Positions 1-10,784 are shown, numbered from the stretch's first letter. The stretch: 52,326 nt of DNA from an uncultured Bacilli bacterium (GCA_947624515.1 CANQKN010000003.1:1-52326), one strand, 5' to 3'. Numbers and translations: made by a program. Notes: a model not told the origin generated them from the sequence alone.

Positions 1-365
1 TAAGATGGTCCTCCCTTATAAGCATTGCCATCTTTTTCTTGATATTTTGCTCCTAAGTAACTTTCACAGAAAGCATTGATGGAAGTAATGACTCCTACTA
101 CCCAAATCCAAAAAATAGTTCCTGGTCCACCTATATAGATTGCTAAAGCGATTCCTGATAGAGAACCTACACCTACTCTAGCTGCTAATGACATTGTTAG
201 GCTTTTAAAGGGAGATACTTTACTATTTTTGTCTTTCTGAAATCCTTTGAATAAAGATTTTATTTTAAACTGAGGAAATCCTAATTTAATGCTAAAATAA
301 AGTCCTCCTCCTAAAAGAAAAATAATAGCTGTACTCCATAATAGATCTGTTATCACTTTCAGCAT
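1..365 (-). CDS. Alanine/glycine:cation symporter family protein (N-terminal part; runs off window edge)
   Basis: Manual translation from ATG at 365 (RBS AGGTGA): MLKVITDLLWS...SPFKSLTMSLAARVGVGSLSGIALAIYIGGPGTIFWIW...YKGGPSY, typical AGCS motifs. Not in the ORF track because it is truncated. Confidence 0.85.
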   Translation of the reverse strand, partial: MLKVITDLLWSTAIIFLLGGGLYFSIKLGFPQFKIKSLFKGFQKDKNSKVSPFKSLTMSLAARVGVGSLSGIALAIYIGGPGTIFWIWVVGVITSINAFCESYLGAKYQEKDGNAYKGGPS

Positions 366-440
366 ATTATCACCTAGTGAAATTATATAAAATAGAAAAA
401 GAAAAAAATGTCCTTTTCTGACATTTTACCATAATTCTTT

Positions 441-803
441 TTATTTCCAATGATTTCCTATTGCCGCTATAACTCTATCAGGATCTTCTAAAAACTTTTC
501 ATATAATTTGCTATCTTTTTTTAAAGCTTCAATAATTTCAATATCTTTTTCTGATAAACTTACAATTCTATTTTCTGCTTTTGGAAATTCTAATTCCATT
601 CCAATTAACCATAAAAAATCTACTTCTAGGAAATTTGCTATTCGAATTAATACATCAATTGGTGGAGTTCTCTTTCCACTTTCATATAGACATACTTCCT
701 GTTTACTAACATAGATTGCTTTTCCTAAAGATTCTTGTGTTAATGATCTTTGTTTTCTTGCTTCTTTTAGTCGTTTTTGAAATACCACCATACTATCCCT
801 CAT
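441..803 (-). CDS. XRE-family helix-turn-helix transcriptional regulator
   Basis: RLKEARKQRSLTQESLGK...YESGKRTPPIDVLIRIANFLEV HTH_3 pattern. Confidence 0.85.
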   Translation of the reverse strand: MRDSMVVFQKRLKEARKQRSLTQESLGKAIYVSKQEVCLYESGKRTPPIDVLIRIANFLEVDFLWLIGMELEFPKAENRIVSLSEKDIEIIEALKKDSKLYEKFLEDPDRVIAAIGNHWK

Positions 804-909
804 TTAGGTTAATTATAAGTTAACAGATATTTAAAATGTTAAAAATTAACTAATTGTATATTTTAAATTTTATAAGAATTTATGCTATAATAAATTCGAG
901 GTGCTTGGT

Positions 910-1536
910 ATGGTAGAATATTTAGATACATATGATGAACAGAGGAACTTTTTAGGAAAAGAAACTAGAGATTTTGTTCACCAAAATGCTATTTGGCATA
1001 AGACTGTACATTGTTGGTTATATGATAAGTTGGGAAATATTTATTTTCAAATTCGACATGATAGTGGTACTTTTTATACTACCGCTAGTGGACATGTATT
1101 AGCAGGAGAAAGTTTAAAGGAAGCTTTTGGTAGAGAAATTAAAGAAGAAATTGGAATTTCTTTGGATTATGAGAAAGCAGAGTTAATAGATGTTGTACCT
1201 TTCCGGATGGATAAAGTTAAAAAAGATGGTTCTATCTTTCGTGATCGTGCTTTTGCCAATGTATTTATTTATCCTATTGATCAACAGAATTTTAAGTTTC
1301 ATTTTGATGAAAATGAAGTTGATGGACTCGGAAGAATGGATGCTAGAGAGGTACTTGAACTTTTAAAACAAGAAAAAAAGGAAATATTAGCTACCATTAT
1401 CACAGAAAAAGAGAGTGCTATGGTTTTTGAAGAAAAGAAGATTACGATTAATGATTTTCTAATTAATCAAGGTGAAACTGGAATTGAAAAATATGGAAAA
1501 GTTTTAGAGTCTATTATTGAAAAAAATTCCAATTAA
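910..1536 (+). CDS. NUDIX hydrolase (IPP-isomerase-like subgroup)
   Basis: Nudix box GHVLAGESLKEAFGREIKEEIG; WHKTVHCW. ATG at 910 follows GAGGTG RBS (the track starts at GTG 901). Confidence 0.85.
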   Translation: MVEYLDTYDEQRNFLGKETRDFVHQNAIWHKTVHCWLYDKLGNIYFQIRHDSGTFYTTASGHVLAGESLKEAFGREIKEEIGISLDYEKAELIDVVPFRMDKVKKDGSIFRDRAFANVFIYPIDQQNFKFHFDENEVDGLGRMDAREVLELLKQEKKEILATIITEKESAMVFEEKKITINDFLINQGETGIEKYGKVLESIIEKNSN

Positions 1537-1588
1537 AGATATAAATCAGTACTAAATTTTATAATAATGCGCCAATTGAGGAGATAGT

Positions 1589-2497
1589 ATGCACGATTTT
1601 ATTTATGATATTGATTCTATTTTAGATTCTAAACAAGTACTTTCAAATGATTTTGGTCGTTATTCCAAAATTTATTTAATGACTACGGAGAATATAAAAG
1701 GTTTTTTGCAGCAATATGATCTAACCAATCGAAATATATTAACAGTTACCGGTAGTGGTGATCAGATGTTAAATGCTTTTTTAATGGGTGCTAGGAATGT
1801 TACTTGTTTTGATATAAATCCTCTTACTTTTTTGAATGCGGAATTAAAAAAGGCTGCTCTTTCCACTTTATCTTATTCAGAATTTATTTCCTTCTTTTTT
1901 CAAGAATTTCAAAAATTTTTAGATGTTCATCTATATGAAAAAATTAGATTAGAACTAAAAGATGAAGCTCTAGTTTTCTTTGATTATTTATATTCAAAAT
2001 ATAGAAGTCAAGAAATTTTTGATAAGATTTACTACCGATTTCATACTCCATTTGAGAAAATGAAAACTCTTAATTTCTATTTAGAAGAATCTCATTATGA
2101 AAAACTATCTGATATTTTAAAGAAGAAAAAAGTCACCTATCTTGAAAGTAATATTACTACTTTACGGGAATATCTAACCGGACAAGTCTTTGATATGATT
2201 CTGCTTTCTAATATTAGTGATAGTATTGATGATATTTGGAAAGAAGATGCTTTGAAAAATTTTAAAAGATTTATTCACTCTTTGAGTAAAATTTTAAAAT
2301 CTAATGGTACTATACAAGTTGGTTATATTTATGATTATTATTCTTATCATACTTTTCATTCCTTTCACAATAAAAAGGAAAGGCAAACTATTTTTACAAC
2401 AGATGAGTTTCATACTTCTTTCGTAGAAGGTTTTTCTTATCATGATCAAAGTGATGCTATTATTACATTTCAAAAAATTAAAAAAAGAAAGAGTTAG
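1589..2497 (+). CDS. DUF3419/BtaA-like SAM-dependent (class I Rossmann) protein
   Basis: ILTVTGSGDQMLN...VTCFDINP SAM-binding motifs; FDMILLSNI; GAGGAG RBS. Confidence 0.65.
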   Translation: MHDFIYDIDSILDSKQVLSNDFGRYSKIYLMTTENIKGFLQQYDLTNRNILTVTGSGDQMLNAFLMGARNVTCFDINPLTFLNAELKKAALSTLSYSEFISFFFQEFQKFLDVHLYEKIRLELKDEALVFFDYLYSKYRSQEIFDKIYYRFHTPFEKMKTLNFYLEESHYEKLSDILKKKKVTYLESNITTLREYLTGQVFDMILLSNISDSIDDIWKEDALKNFKRFIHSLSKILKSNGTIQVGYIYDYYSYHTFHSFHNKKERQTIFTTDEFHTSFVEGFSYHDQSDAIITFQKIKKRKS

Positions 2498-2646
2498 TGC
2501 TGATTTATTTTTATAGAAGCCAAAAGACTCTTTTTCTTGTGTGAAAATTGTAGTCAAAATAAAGTGCGACTTATCTTTTTTTAGAAAATCTTTACTTTTC
2601 ATTTTATTTTTGATAAAATAAATACCCAATTAAGAGGGGAATTATT

Positions 2647-3798
2647 ATGAATTATAATTGGGATATTGAAAAATTAGAAAAGCAGAAAAAAATCATTCAA
2701 AATTGTATTAGAATAACCAAAGGGTTAACCAAAGAAGAAATTCAATTTTTAAAAAGTAGTATTAAACAAATTAAAGAATTAGAAGATATTTTATTTAATA
2801 GATATCAATTGAACCAACCTCGGAAAATTCATTATATGGACTCCCATAAATTATTACCTATTAAAACTTATCAAGATTTTCAAAGCATTCCCTACTATAT
2901 CAAAGAAACTATTCTAAAAGCAACCAGGTTATTTAAAGATTTAGATGATACTTATGATAATATTCCTTTACCAATATTTAATGTTAGTAATCAAGATTTA
3001 GTAGAGATGTCATATGATTTCTATTCTCTATTACCGGATTCTTCTTTTCTAAAGGACTTTATTAAATATACAGATCCAAAAAAGCATCTGTTACAATTTA
3101 AAAATGCTCAAATGAAAGATATATTTGGAGGACAAACTTATATTTTTTATTATCCAAAGTATATTCCTTATTTTTTAATTTATAGAAGACATGATATTAG
3201 TGATTTTTTATCCTTAAATCATGAAATTAGTCATGCCATTATGTATCAACATGATACTTATACAGTAGATAAAAAAAATCATTATTTTTTAACGGAATTA
3301 GAAGGGTATTTTTTTGATTATCTTTCTATTCAATATCTAAAAAAATTTTATTCGGAAGAGGTAATTAATCAATTAGAGTATGATCGTATTACTGCTGTAT
3401 TAGAAGATTTTGCTACTATTTTTATTGACGATACTGCTATTCAATTATTTGAAAATAATAGAAAGATTACCCTTCATTCTATTAAGAATCGTTTTCAAAA
3501 ATGGAATCTTCCTTTTTCTATAAATTCTGTTCTTTTAAAAGAAACTTTATGGGAAGATGTGAGATATCATAGCTGTTGTATCCTTTCTCTTTTAACCAGT
3601 TTAGATTTAGAAATGATTTATGAAAAAGATCCTGAATATGCTTTCTATTTATTTGAAAAAATTAGAAATAATAAAACTGATCATATATTTCAAAATCTAG
3701 AAAAAAATGGAATCAGTTTTATGGGAGAAAGGGAAAACTATGATCCTTTTCAAAAGAAGATACAGTGGATTAATCAATTAGGAGAAAAAAGAAAATGA
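2647..3798 (+). CDS. Hypothetical protein with HExxH metallopeptidase (gluzincin/M3-like) motif
   Basis: LNHEISHAI followed about 20 aa later by FLTELEG (candidate third ligand); GAGGGGA RBS. Confidence 0.55.
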   Translation: MNYNWDIEKLEKQKKIIQNCIRITKGLTKEEIQFLKSSIKQIKELEDILFNRYQLNQPRKIHYMDSHKLLPIKTYQDFQSIPYYIKETILKATRLFKDLDDTYDNIPLPIFNVSNQDLVEMSYDFYSLLPDSSFLKDFIKYTDPKKHLLQFKNAQMKDIFGGQTYIFYYPKYIPYFLIYRRHDISDFLSLNHEISHAIMYQHDTYTVDKKNHYFLTELEGYFFDYLSIQYLKKFYSEEVINQLEYDRITAVLEDFATIFIDDTAIQLFENNRKITLHSIKNRFQKWNLPFSINSVLLKETLWEDVRYHSCCILSLLTSLDLEMIYEKDPEYAFYLFEKIRNNKTDHIFQNLEKNGISFMGERENYDPFQKKIQWINQLGEKRK

Positions 3799-3860
3799 TT
3801 CTATATTTTATAGAGTTACTAATAAAATAATTATTGACTTAATTCTTTATCATCATTTAA

Positions 3861-3892
3861 AAAAATACCATATCATTACTTATGGTATTTTT
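3861..3892. terminator. Bidirectional intrinsic terminator between convergent genes
   Basis: AAAAATACCATA-8nt-TATGGTATTTTT inverted repeat. Confidence 0.6.
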
Positions 3893-4331
3893 CATTGTTT
3901 AAAATTTTATAACTTCTAAATAACTGTTCTAATAATAAAATTCTAAATAATTGATGAGGAAAAGTCATTTTTGAAAAAGATAATTTAGCATTAGCCCTTT
4001 CTTTTATACTAGGATGAATTCCGTAAGAACCACCTATTATAAAGGTAATATCACTATTTTGAATCAAAGTTTTATCTAACTTATCGGCAAATTCTAGGGA
4101 AGATAATTCTTTTCCTTCAATCTCTAGTGTAATCAAAAACTCTTTTCCTGTAATGTGTTTTAATAGTTCTTTTTTTTCTTTTTCTAAAGCTACTTTTTCA
4201 TGATCAATTTCGGAATCCGGTAACTCTATTATTTCTATATTTGTATACTTTTTTAATCTCTTTACATATTCTTCTTGTGCTTCTTTTAAATAAGTTTCTT
4301 TTAATTTACCAATACAAATAATTTTAATCAT
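3876..4331 (-). CDS. rlmH: 23S rRNA (pseudouridine1915-N3)-methyltransferase RlmH
   Basis: IKIICIGKLKE...FIIGGSYG...LSFSKMTFPHQLFRILLLEQLFR...YHK. Confidence 0.95.
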   Translation of the reverse strand: MIKIICIGKLKETYLKEAQEEYVKRLKKYTNIEIIELPDSEIDHEKVALEKEKKELLKHITGKEFLITLEIEGKELSSLEFADKLDKTLIQNSDITFIIGGSYGIHPSIKERANAKLSFSKMTFPHQLFRILLLEQLFRSYKILNNEKYHK

Positions 4332-4332
4332 A

Positions 4333-5094
4333 TTAAACCTCAATTTCTTCTAAGGATTCATATTGTTTCGCTACGAGAATTTCTTTATGAATATGATTTT
4401 TTTCTAAAAGATTCTTCGTTGTTTCTAAAGCTAATTCTTCCGTATTATTGTTTTCACTAATATGGGCTAAAATAATTTTTTTGGTTTTTTCTCCTACAAT
4501 ATCTAATAAATAGTTTGCAGTTGTTTCATTGGAAAGGTGACCTTTATCACTAATTACCCTTTGCTTTAATAGATAGGGATAAGGTCCTTCCATTAGCATT
4601 TCTTCATCATGATTACTTTCCATAATATAAATTTCTCTATTTTTTAATAAAGGAAAATATTTTTCATTAATGTAACCAGTATCTGTAATATAGACAAGAG
4701 AATGATTATTTGCCTCTAAAACAAAGCCTACTCCTTCAACATCATGAGAGATTCTAATTAAATCGATTTTTAAATCTTCCAAAACGAAAGAGTTATCATA
4801 GATGAAAATATTTTCTTTCGGTATTCTTTTAGATAATTCCTCTATCATTTCTTTTAGTGCATATACTTTTAAATTAGTTTTTTTCACTAAAGATGCCAAC
4901 CCTTTAATATGATCACTATGCGTATGAGTTATAAAAATAGCATCTAATTCTTTCGGAGAAACACCAACTGTTTCTAATTCGGTTACTAGATATTGATAAG
5001 TTATTCCCATATCAATCAAAATTTTTAATTTTTCGGTTTGGATAAAAGTACTATTTCCTTTTGATCCACTTGCTAATACTTTTACTTTCATCAT
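4333..5094 (-). CDS. walJ: MBL-fold metallo-hydrolase, WalJ/YycJ-like
   Basis: LASGSKGN, THTHSDH, ESNHD, GHLSN, LAHISENNN; adjacent to rlmH as in Bacilli. Confidence 0.8.
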   Translation of the reverse strand: MMKVKVLASGSKGNSTFIQTEKLKILIDMGITYQYLVTELETVGVSPKELDAIFITHTHSDHIKGLASLVKKTNLKVYALKEMIEELSKRIPKENIFIYDNSFVLEDLKIDLIRISHDVEGVGFVLEANNHSLVYITDTGYINEKYFPLLKNREIYIMESNHDEEMLMEGPYPYLLKQRVISDKGHLSNETTANYLLDIVGEKTKKIILAHISENNNTEELALETTKNLLEKNHIHKEILVAKQYESLEEIEV

Positions 5095-6653
5095 CTAAAA
5101 ATGGTAGTATATGGATTTAAAGCTACCCCTCCTCTAAATGGATAACCACTATATAAACCAAAATGTAGGTGAACTCCTGATGCAAAACCACTTCTACCTG
5201 CAGTACCAATCTGATCATTTGACATAACAATATCACCATATTTTTTCGTACGAGAAGCCATATGAGCATACATCGTATAGTAACCATTACTGTGTTTGAT
5301 AATAATATAATTTCCGTTGGTACTATTATAAGAAGATTCTACTACAACACCATTATTCACAGCTTTAATTGCACTTCCATAAGTAATACCGGAAATATCA
5401 AGTCCCTCATGAAGTTTACCCCAACGCCATCCATAAGGACTACTGATTGTATATGGAGTCATAGTAGGCCATACCCAACTACCAATACCAACTGGTACAT
5501 CAATATTAGGATTATAAACTTGATACTGTTTCGTTCCTCTAGTTACTATCTTATTAATAGTTGGAACTAATTCTACAGTAGATCCGGGAACGGTAACAAT
5601 TTCTTTAATTTCACCATTTACTAACTGAATTTTTTGAGTAATTAATTCTAGTCCATCTTGACCTTCTTGTTCTACTCTCTCATACCCTACATATTGAGTA
5701 TCATCATTTTTATATATAGTTTCCATTGTTTTTACTTTTTTAGAAACAACATGTTCCACTTCTACTAAATCAAAAACAGGAGATATTAATCCTAATTTTA
5801 CTACTTGTCCAGGATATAATAGGTCTTGGGCTGTTTTAAAATTAGTATTAGCAATTAAAAATTCTTCGGTTGATAATTTATTATTATAGGAAATTTCTTC
5901 TATTGTATCCCCTGCTTTTACAATATAAGATTCCTGTTCTTTGGTAGTTCCAAAAAGTAAATATTTACTTAATTCCTCTTCTGTTTGATAGATCATATCA
6001 CCTACGGGAATACGAGTTTCCTTAATCATAATATTATTAGCAATACTGATATTTTCAATAATAGTTCCCTCTTCATTTTCCTCTAATTTTTTTTGAGTAT
6101 CATTTAAGTAACTATCATATTGATCACTATCAATGAAAGCAGTTATTGTTTTTCTAACAGAGTTAGTAAAAATATCTTTGTCTAATACATATAAGGTAAT
6201 ATCAGGAGTTGTAGTAACTGTCCCATCTTCATTTGATTTTTCAATACCATTAATTTTTATCTCATATCCATCAACAGTAAAAGAAGAAGGACCCATAATA
6301 TCTTCTATTTTTTGGTAAATTTCTTCTACCGAAAGAATGGTTTCATTATAAGTAATTTCTTTGATAATATCTAAATCATTGGGAGCATATACTTTATCAA
6401 CTTGATACTTTTCTTTTAATTGTTGTTGTTTTCCATCAATATAATCTAATAATTCTTTTTCTGACTCAATTACGCCAATTGATTTACCTGATAAATAAAT
6501 ACGATATAACTGGCGTGGAGTATTTGTATTTGTATAGATTCCAACAATTTTTGCATAAATTGTATTGGGATTTGATCCAATAAAGATAATTGCACATGAT
6601 AGTAAAAATGCTATTATGACAATTAAAATTTGTTTTTTACTCATTTTTTTCAC
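5091..6653 (-). CDS. M23 peptidase with LysM and G5 domains (cell-wall endopeptidase)
   Basis: N-terminal TM/signal; LysM YIVKAGDTIEEIS; G5-like segment; M23 HEGLD and HLH motifs. Confidence 0.9.
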   Translation of the reverse strand: MKKMSKKQILIVIIAFLLSCAIIFIGSNPNTIYAKIVGIYTNTNTPRQLYRIYLSGKSIGVIESEKELLDYIDGKQQQLKEKYQVDKVYAPNDLDIIKEITYNETILSVEEIYQKIEDIMGPSSFTVDGYEIKINGIEKSNEDGTVTTTPDITLYVLDKDIFTNSVRKTITAFIDSDQYDSYLNDTQKKLEENEEGTIIENISIANNIMIKETRIPVGDMIYQTEEELSKYLLFGTTKEQESYIVKAGDTIEEISYNNKLSTEEFLIANTNFKTAQDLLYPGQVVKLGLISPVFDLVEVEHVVSKKVKTMETIYKNDDTQYVGYERVEQEGQDGLELITQKIQLVNGEIKEIVTVPGSTVELVPTINKIVTRGTKQYQVYNPNIDVPVGIGSWVWPTMTPYTISSPYGWRWGKLHEGLDISGITYGSAIKAVNNGVVVESSYNSTNGNYIIIKHSNGYYTMYAHMASRTKKYGDIVMSNDQIGTAGRSGFASGVHLHFGLYSGYPFRGGVALNPYTTIFR

Positions 6654-7998
6654 CCTTATTATCCTTAGTCATATTTAGAAATGTACTGGTACTTTTTTTA
6701 AATAATAAATCGATTTTTCCAGTTGGTCCATTACGATGTTTTCCAATAATTAATTCACTTAAACTTGGATCGGCTGCTTCCCCTAACTCTTTTGTATTTT
6801 GATAGTAGTCATCACGATATAATAAAGCAACAATATCGGCATCTTGTTCAATAGAACCTGATTCTCTTAAATCACTCATTTTTGGCCTTTTATCTTCACG
6901 AGATTCTACACCACGAGATAACTGGGCTAACGCAATGACTGGGATTTTTAGTTCCATAGCCATTTTTTTTAGATTTCTAGAAATATCCGTAATTTCTAAT
7001 TGACGATTATTTCCATAGTTACCACCCATTGTTAATAATTGAAGGTGATCGATAATTACTAAATCTAATCCCTCTTCACTAGTTGCTAGACGACGGCATT
7101 TGGATTTGATATCTCCTACTGTTACTCCTGCATCGTCGCAAATGTAAAGTTTAGCTTGTGCTAATTGACTTTTAGCTTCTGTTATTCTTTTCCAATCTTC
7201 ATTTAAAAGATTACCACTTGTTAGTTTGGTACCTTCAATTTGTCCTAAAGAAGAAAGCATACGATTTGCTAACTGTTCAGCACCCATTTCCAAAGAGAAA
7301 ATAGCCACTGTTTTATCAGTATTTATAGCTACACTGGTAGCAAGATTTAAAGCAAAGGCAGTTTTACCCATGGCAGGACGCGCTGCTAAAATCACTAGTT
7401 GATTTTCATGTAATCCTGAAGTTAGACGATCTAATTCATACCAACCTGTAGGAATTCCGGTAATTTCTCCTTTTGAAGATGCTAATTTTTCTAAATTTTG
7501 TTGCACATCATTTAAAATATTTTGAATCGTTCTAAATTCAGAAGAACGACGATTTTTAATAATTCCTACAATTTTACTTTCTACTTGATCTAAAATATCG
7601 GTTACTTCGCCATTATGTTCATAAGCTAATGTTGCAATTTCTGTAGAAGTATCTATTACGCTTCTTAACATATAATTATCTTCTACTATTTTTATGTAAT
7701 ATTCAATATTAGCAGCAGTTGGTACAACATTTATTAATTCTGTTAGATATTCTACACCGCCTACATCATTCAACTTTTTGGTTTGATTTAATTCTGCTGT
7801 AATTGTTGTTAGGTCAATAGGTACCTTTTTATCATGTAAATCAGCAATAGATTGAAAAATAATTTTGTGTTTATCTAAATAAAATGAATCAGCAAACAAT
7901 TTATCTGTTGCTTTTTCTATTGCACTTGGCGATAGAAACATTGCTCCTAATACAGATTGCTCTGCTACAATATCATTAGGAATGGTTTTAATAGCCAT
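6637..7998 (-). CDS. dnaB: Replicative DNA helicase
   Basis: AEQSVLG, ARPAMGKT, IDHLQL, QLSR, DLRESGSIEQDAD, KHRNG. Confidence 0.97.
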   Translation of the reverse strand: MAIKTIPNDIVAEQSVLGAMFLSPSAIEKATDKLFADSFYLDKHKIIFQSIADLHDKKVPIDLTTITAELNQTKKLNDVGGVEYLTELINVVPTAANIEYYIKIVEDNYMLRSVIDTSTEIATLAYEHNGEVTDILDQVESKIVGIIKNRRSSEFRTIQNILNDVQQNLEKLASSKGEITGIPTGWYELDRLTSGLHENQLVILAARPAMGKTAFALNLATSVAINTDKTVAIFSLEMGAEQLANRMLSSLGQIEGTKLTSGNLLNEDWKRITEAKSQLAQAKLYICDDAGVTVGDIKSKCRRLATSEEGLDLVIIDHLQLLTMGGNYGNNRQLEITDISRNLKKMAMELKIPVIALAQLSRGVESREDKRPKMSDLRESGSIEQDADIVALLYRDDYYQNTKELGEAADPSLSELIIGKHRNGPTGKIDLLFKKSTSTFLNMTKDNKGEKNE

Positions 7999-8011
7999 AT
8001 GATCACCTACT

Positions 8012-8452
8012 TTATTTTACTAATTGTATTTTTAATTCTGCTTTTACCTCTTTGTATAGTGTAATTATTACTTTATGGAATCCTAATGATTGTAAAGAGG
8101 TTGTTAATTCAATTTGTTTTTTATCTATTTTATATCCTTTTTTTAATAATTCTTCTTTGATTTGTTTAGGACTAATACTTCCAAATACTTTATCTTGTTC
8201 TCCTGTTTTTACTTTAAAAGTAAGAGTTATGTTCTCTAATTGTTGTTTTAGTTCATTAGCTTGTTTTGTTAAGGCTTCTTCTTCTTTTCTTTTTGTTTCT
8301 TTTTCTGCTTTTACTTTTTCTAGATTTTTTTCTGTTAGAGGAGTTGCATAACCATTTTTAATAAGGAAGTTTTCAGCATATCCATCTTTTACTTCTTTGA
8401 TATCTCCTTTTTTTGCTTGTTTCTTTAAGTCTTTCACAAAGATTACTTTCAT
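8012..8452 (-). CDS. rplI: 50S ribosomal protein L9
   Basis: MKVIF...[13 protein letters not shown]; KVFGSIS. Confidence 0.97.
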   Translation of the reverse strand: MKVIFVKDLKKQAKKGDIKEVKDGYAENFLIKNGYATPLTEKNLEKVKAEKETKRKEEEALTKQANELKQQLENITLTFKVKTGEQDKVFGSISPKQIKEELLKKGYKIDKKQIELTTSLQSLGFHKVIITLYKEVKAELKIQLVK

Positions 8453-8462
8453 AGAATCCCTC

Positions 8463-9431
8463 CTATTTTAATAATTTTTTTAATTCTTCAGCTGCTTGAT
8501 GCAAAGTAATATCTTTTATTTGGGCAGCAGCATCGTGATTATCACCACCACCACCAAATGTTTCAGCTATTTTACCAACATTGATGGTTCCTTCGCTCCT
8601 TGCACTTAATCCAACTCCTCCATCAGTTCTATTTCCTAATACAAAGGATGCTTCAATATTATTAAATTGAAGAAGGGTATCCGCAATTTTAGCAAGTTCT
8701 TCTCGTTTGTATGTAATTTTATCAGGAGCAATGGATAATGCATATTTATCATTAATTACTTTTACTTCTGTAATGACTTTTTGTCTTATTATATAATCTT
8801 TAATGTCTTGTTTCAAGAAATATTGAACTTTTCTAGGAATTGCACCTTGTTCAGCCAAATAATAAGCAGCTTGATATGTCTTTGTAGTAGTCTTTACAAT
8901 AAAATTATTAGTATCCAATACAATTCCTGCTAAAATGAAGGTTGCTGGTTTTGGTTCCAGTTTTACATGATAAGCTTCTATTAAATTCGTTACAATTTCG
9001 CAAGTACTAGAAGCTTGTTCTTCAATAATTCGATCAGTATGGGAAATTGTTTGATCTGTTTCTTGATGATGATCTAATATGATAATATTTTTAAAATAGT
9101 GAAGGACTTTATCACTTTGTAGTAATTGAGCTTTATTGGTATCTACAATGATTAAAATACTTCTCTTGGAATAGTAGTTGGGAATATTACTACTTTGGAT
9201 GATATGATAGTTATTTCCTATTTCTTTTAATACCTTTTCTACACCTAGTTCATGTTTTTCATCATCGATAATAATATAATTTTTCTTATGAAAATGATTA
9301 CTAATTGCTGATACACCAATACAAGCTCCTAAAGCATCTAAATCAAGATTTTTATGAGCCATAATAAAAATATTTTTACTAAATTTTATTTTTCTTTTGA
9401 TCTTTGTTTCTATTTTCATCAGATTCACCAT
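8463..9431 (-). CDS. DHH/DHHA1 phosphoesterase, GdpP-like catalytic domain only
   Basis: [30 protein letters not shown]; syntenic with gdpP upstream of rplI-dnaB but lacks TM/PAS/GGDEF. Confidence 0.85.
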   Translation of the reverse strand: MVNLMKIETKIKRKIKFSKNIFIMAHKNLDLDALGACIGVSAISNHFHKKNYIIIDDEKHELGVEKVLKEIGNNYHIIQSSNIPNYYSKRSILIIVDTNKAQLLQSDKVLHYFKNIIILDHHQETDQTISHTDRIIEEQASSTCEIVTNLIEAYHVKLEPKPATFILAGIVLDTNNFIVKTTTKTYQAAYYLAEQGAIPRKVQYFLKQDIKDYIIRQKVITEVKVINDKYALSIAPDKITYKREELAKIADTLLQFNNIEASFVLGNRTDGGVGLSARSEGTINVGKIAETFGGGGDNHDAAAQIKDITLHQAAEELKKLLK

Positions 9432-9516
9432 TTCCTATCAACATTATACAACAAATCCTAGTAGATGTCCAAGTAAGACATCATTTTTAGATGAAAAAAT
9501 AGAACTTGTGAAAGTT

Positions 9517-10776
9517 CTATCTTATTTTTCTTGGTTCTTCTATCGTTAAACTTAATTTTTTGATGTCTTCTTCGGAAATATAAATTACTTTACCGCCTGG
9601 TGGATTGATTTTGTTATCACCATAAGCAATCCAAATGGCTTTAACTTCTGTTTTTGGCATAGATGCACAACCATCTGTAAAAATTATTTTATTTTCAGCT
9701 TTTCCTGTAAAAGCATTCACTGCTACCTCAAAGTCAGTTCCACCTCTTCCTATAATAGGAAAATTATCTATATCTTCTTGGGTTTTTATTACTTGAAAGC
9801 CATAGAATTTTGTATCAAAACAACCAACACTAATCTCTGAAGTTTGAAGAATTGTTTTACATTCTCTCAAAGTGCTTCTAACTATGTTATCACTTACTGA
9901 ACTGCTTGTATCGATCACAATCTCTGTTTTTGGTTTCGGCTGTTCTTCTATATGTGGTATTACTACTCCATATTCTATGGTAGCATTTATAAATGACCAG
10001 TCTTCTTCTATTTTAGTAGCATTATAAAGTAATTGTTTCCAATTTAATAAATTACTGGCTTCTCCTATATTATCTAATTTTAGATTTTGTTCATCAGTAT
10101 TATTCCCAGCATTTATCATTTGATTTACCAATTGTTTTCTTAGTTTTTTCAGTTTTTGTTTTAATTCTTGTCTATTTTTTTGGAATATTTCTTTTTCGGA
10201 ACAGTCTTTTCCATTAGGTAGATCTTTTGTTTCTTCTTGATACCAACCACTATGGGTATCATGTCCTACATCATATTGTTTAAAATCTTGAGAGTTTTGG
10301 TATTCAGGAGAATGATTGTTTTTCTCTTTCTGATTATTTTTTGAATTTTTTTGTTTTTGCTTTTGATTCATTAATTTTTGATAATATTGTTCAGCACTAT
10401 AATTAATAGCTTCTGGAATATCAACTAATCCATCTATCAGTTTAAAACCATCTTTTTTTAAGTTTGTATTTATTACAGCATCTGTTGCTATATTCCAAAT
10501 TTTAGGATTTCTATCTTTACTTCTTTCATGATGCTTTAAATGGATATGCATTAGTTCATGAGCAAATAAAAAGGTTCTTTCTTCACGATCTAGGTTAGAA
10601 ACAAAATCAGGGTGATACTTTATTTTTGTTTTACTTGCTGCTGCTGTTGGATTTCCATTAAAATCAAAACAATTATAATCTGGGGCTATTTCTATATTAG
10701 CTAATGTACTTCCAAGAAAACTATATGTGAATAAAACATCTCTTATAATTTCTTCTATATTTATTTCACTCTTCAT
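9517..10776 (-). CDS. Zincin-like metallopeptidase plus vWA domain protein (DUF2201-like)
   Basis: FAHELMH (HExxH), WNIATDAVIN, Q/K/N-rich linker, MIDAS DTSSS...RGGTDF...FTDG. Confidence 0.85.
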   Translation of the reverse strand: MKSEINIEEIIRDVLFTYSFLGSTLANIEIAPDYNCFDFNGNPTAAASKTKIKYHPDFVSNLDREERTFLFAHELMHIHLKHHERSKDRNPKIWNIATDAVINTNLKKDGFKLIDGLVDIPEAINYSAEQYYQKLMNQKQKQKNSKNNQKEKNNHSPEYQNSQDFKQYDVGHDTHSGWYQEETKDLPNGKDCSEKEIFQKNRQELKQKLKKLRKQLVNQMINAGNNTDEQNLKLDNIGEASNLLNWKQLLYNATKIEEDWSFINATIEYGVVIPHIEEQPKPKTEIVIDTSSSVSDNIVRSTLRECKTILQTSEISVGCFDTKFYGFQVIKTQEDIDNFPIIGRGGTDFEVAVNAFTGKAENKIIFTDGCASMPKTEVKAIWIAYGDNKINPPGGKVIYISEEDIKKLSLTIEEPRKIR

Positions 10777-10784
10777 AACATCAC

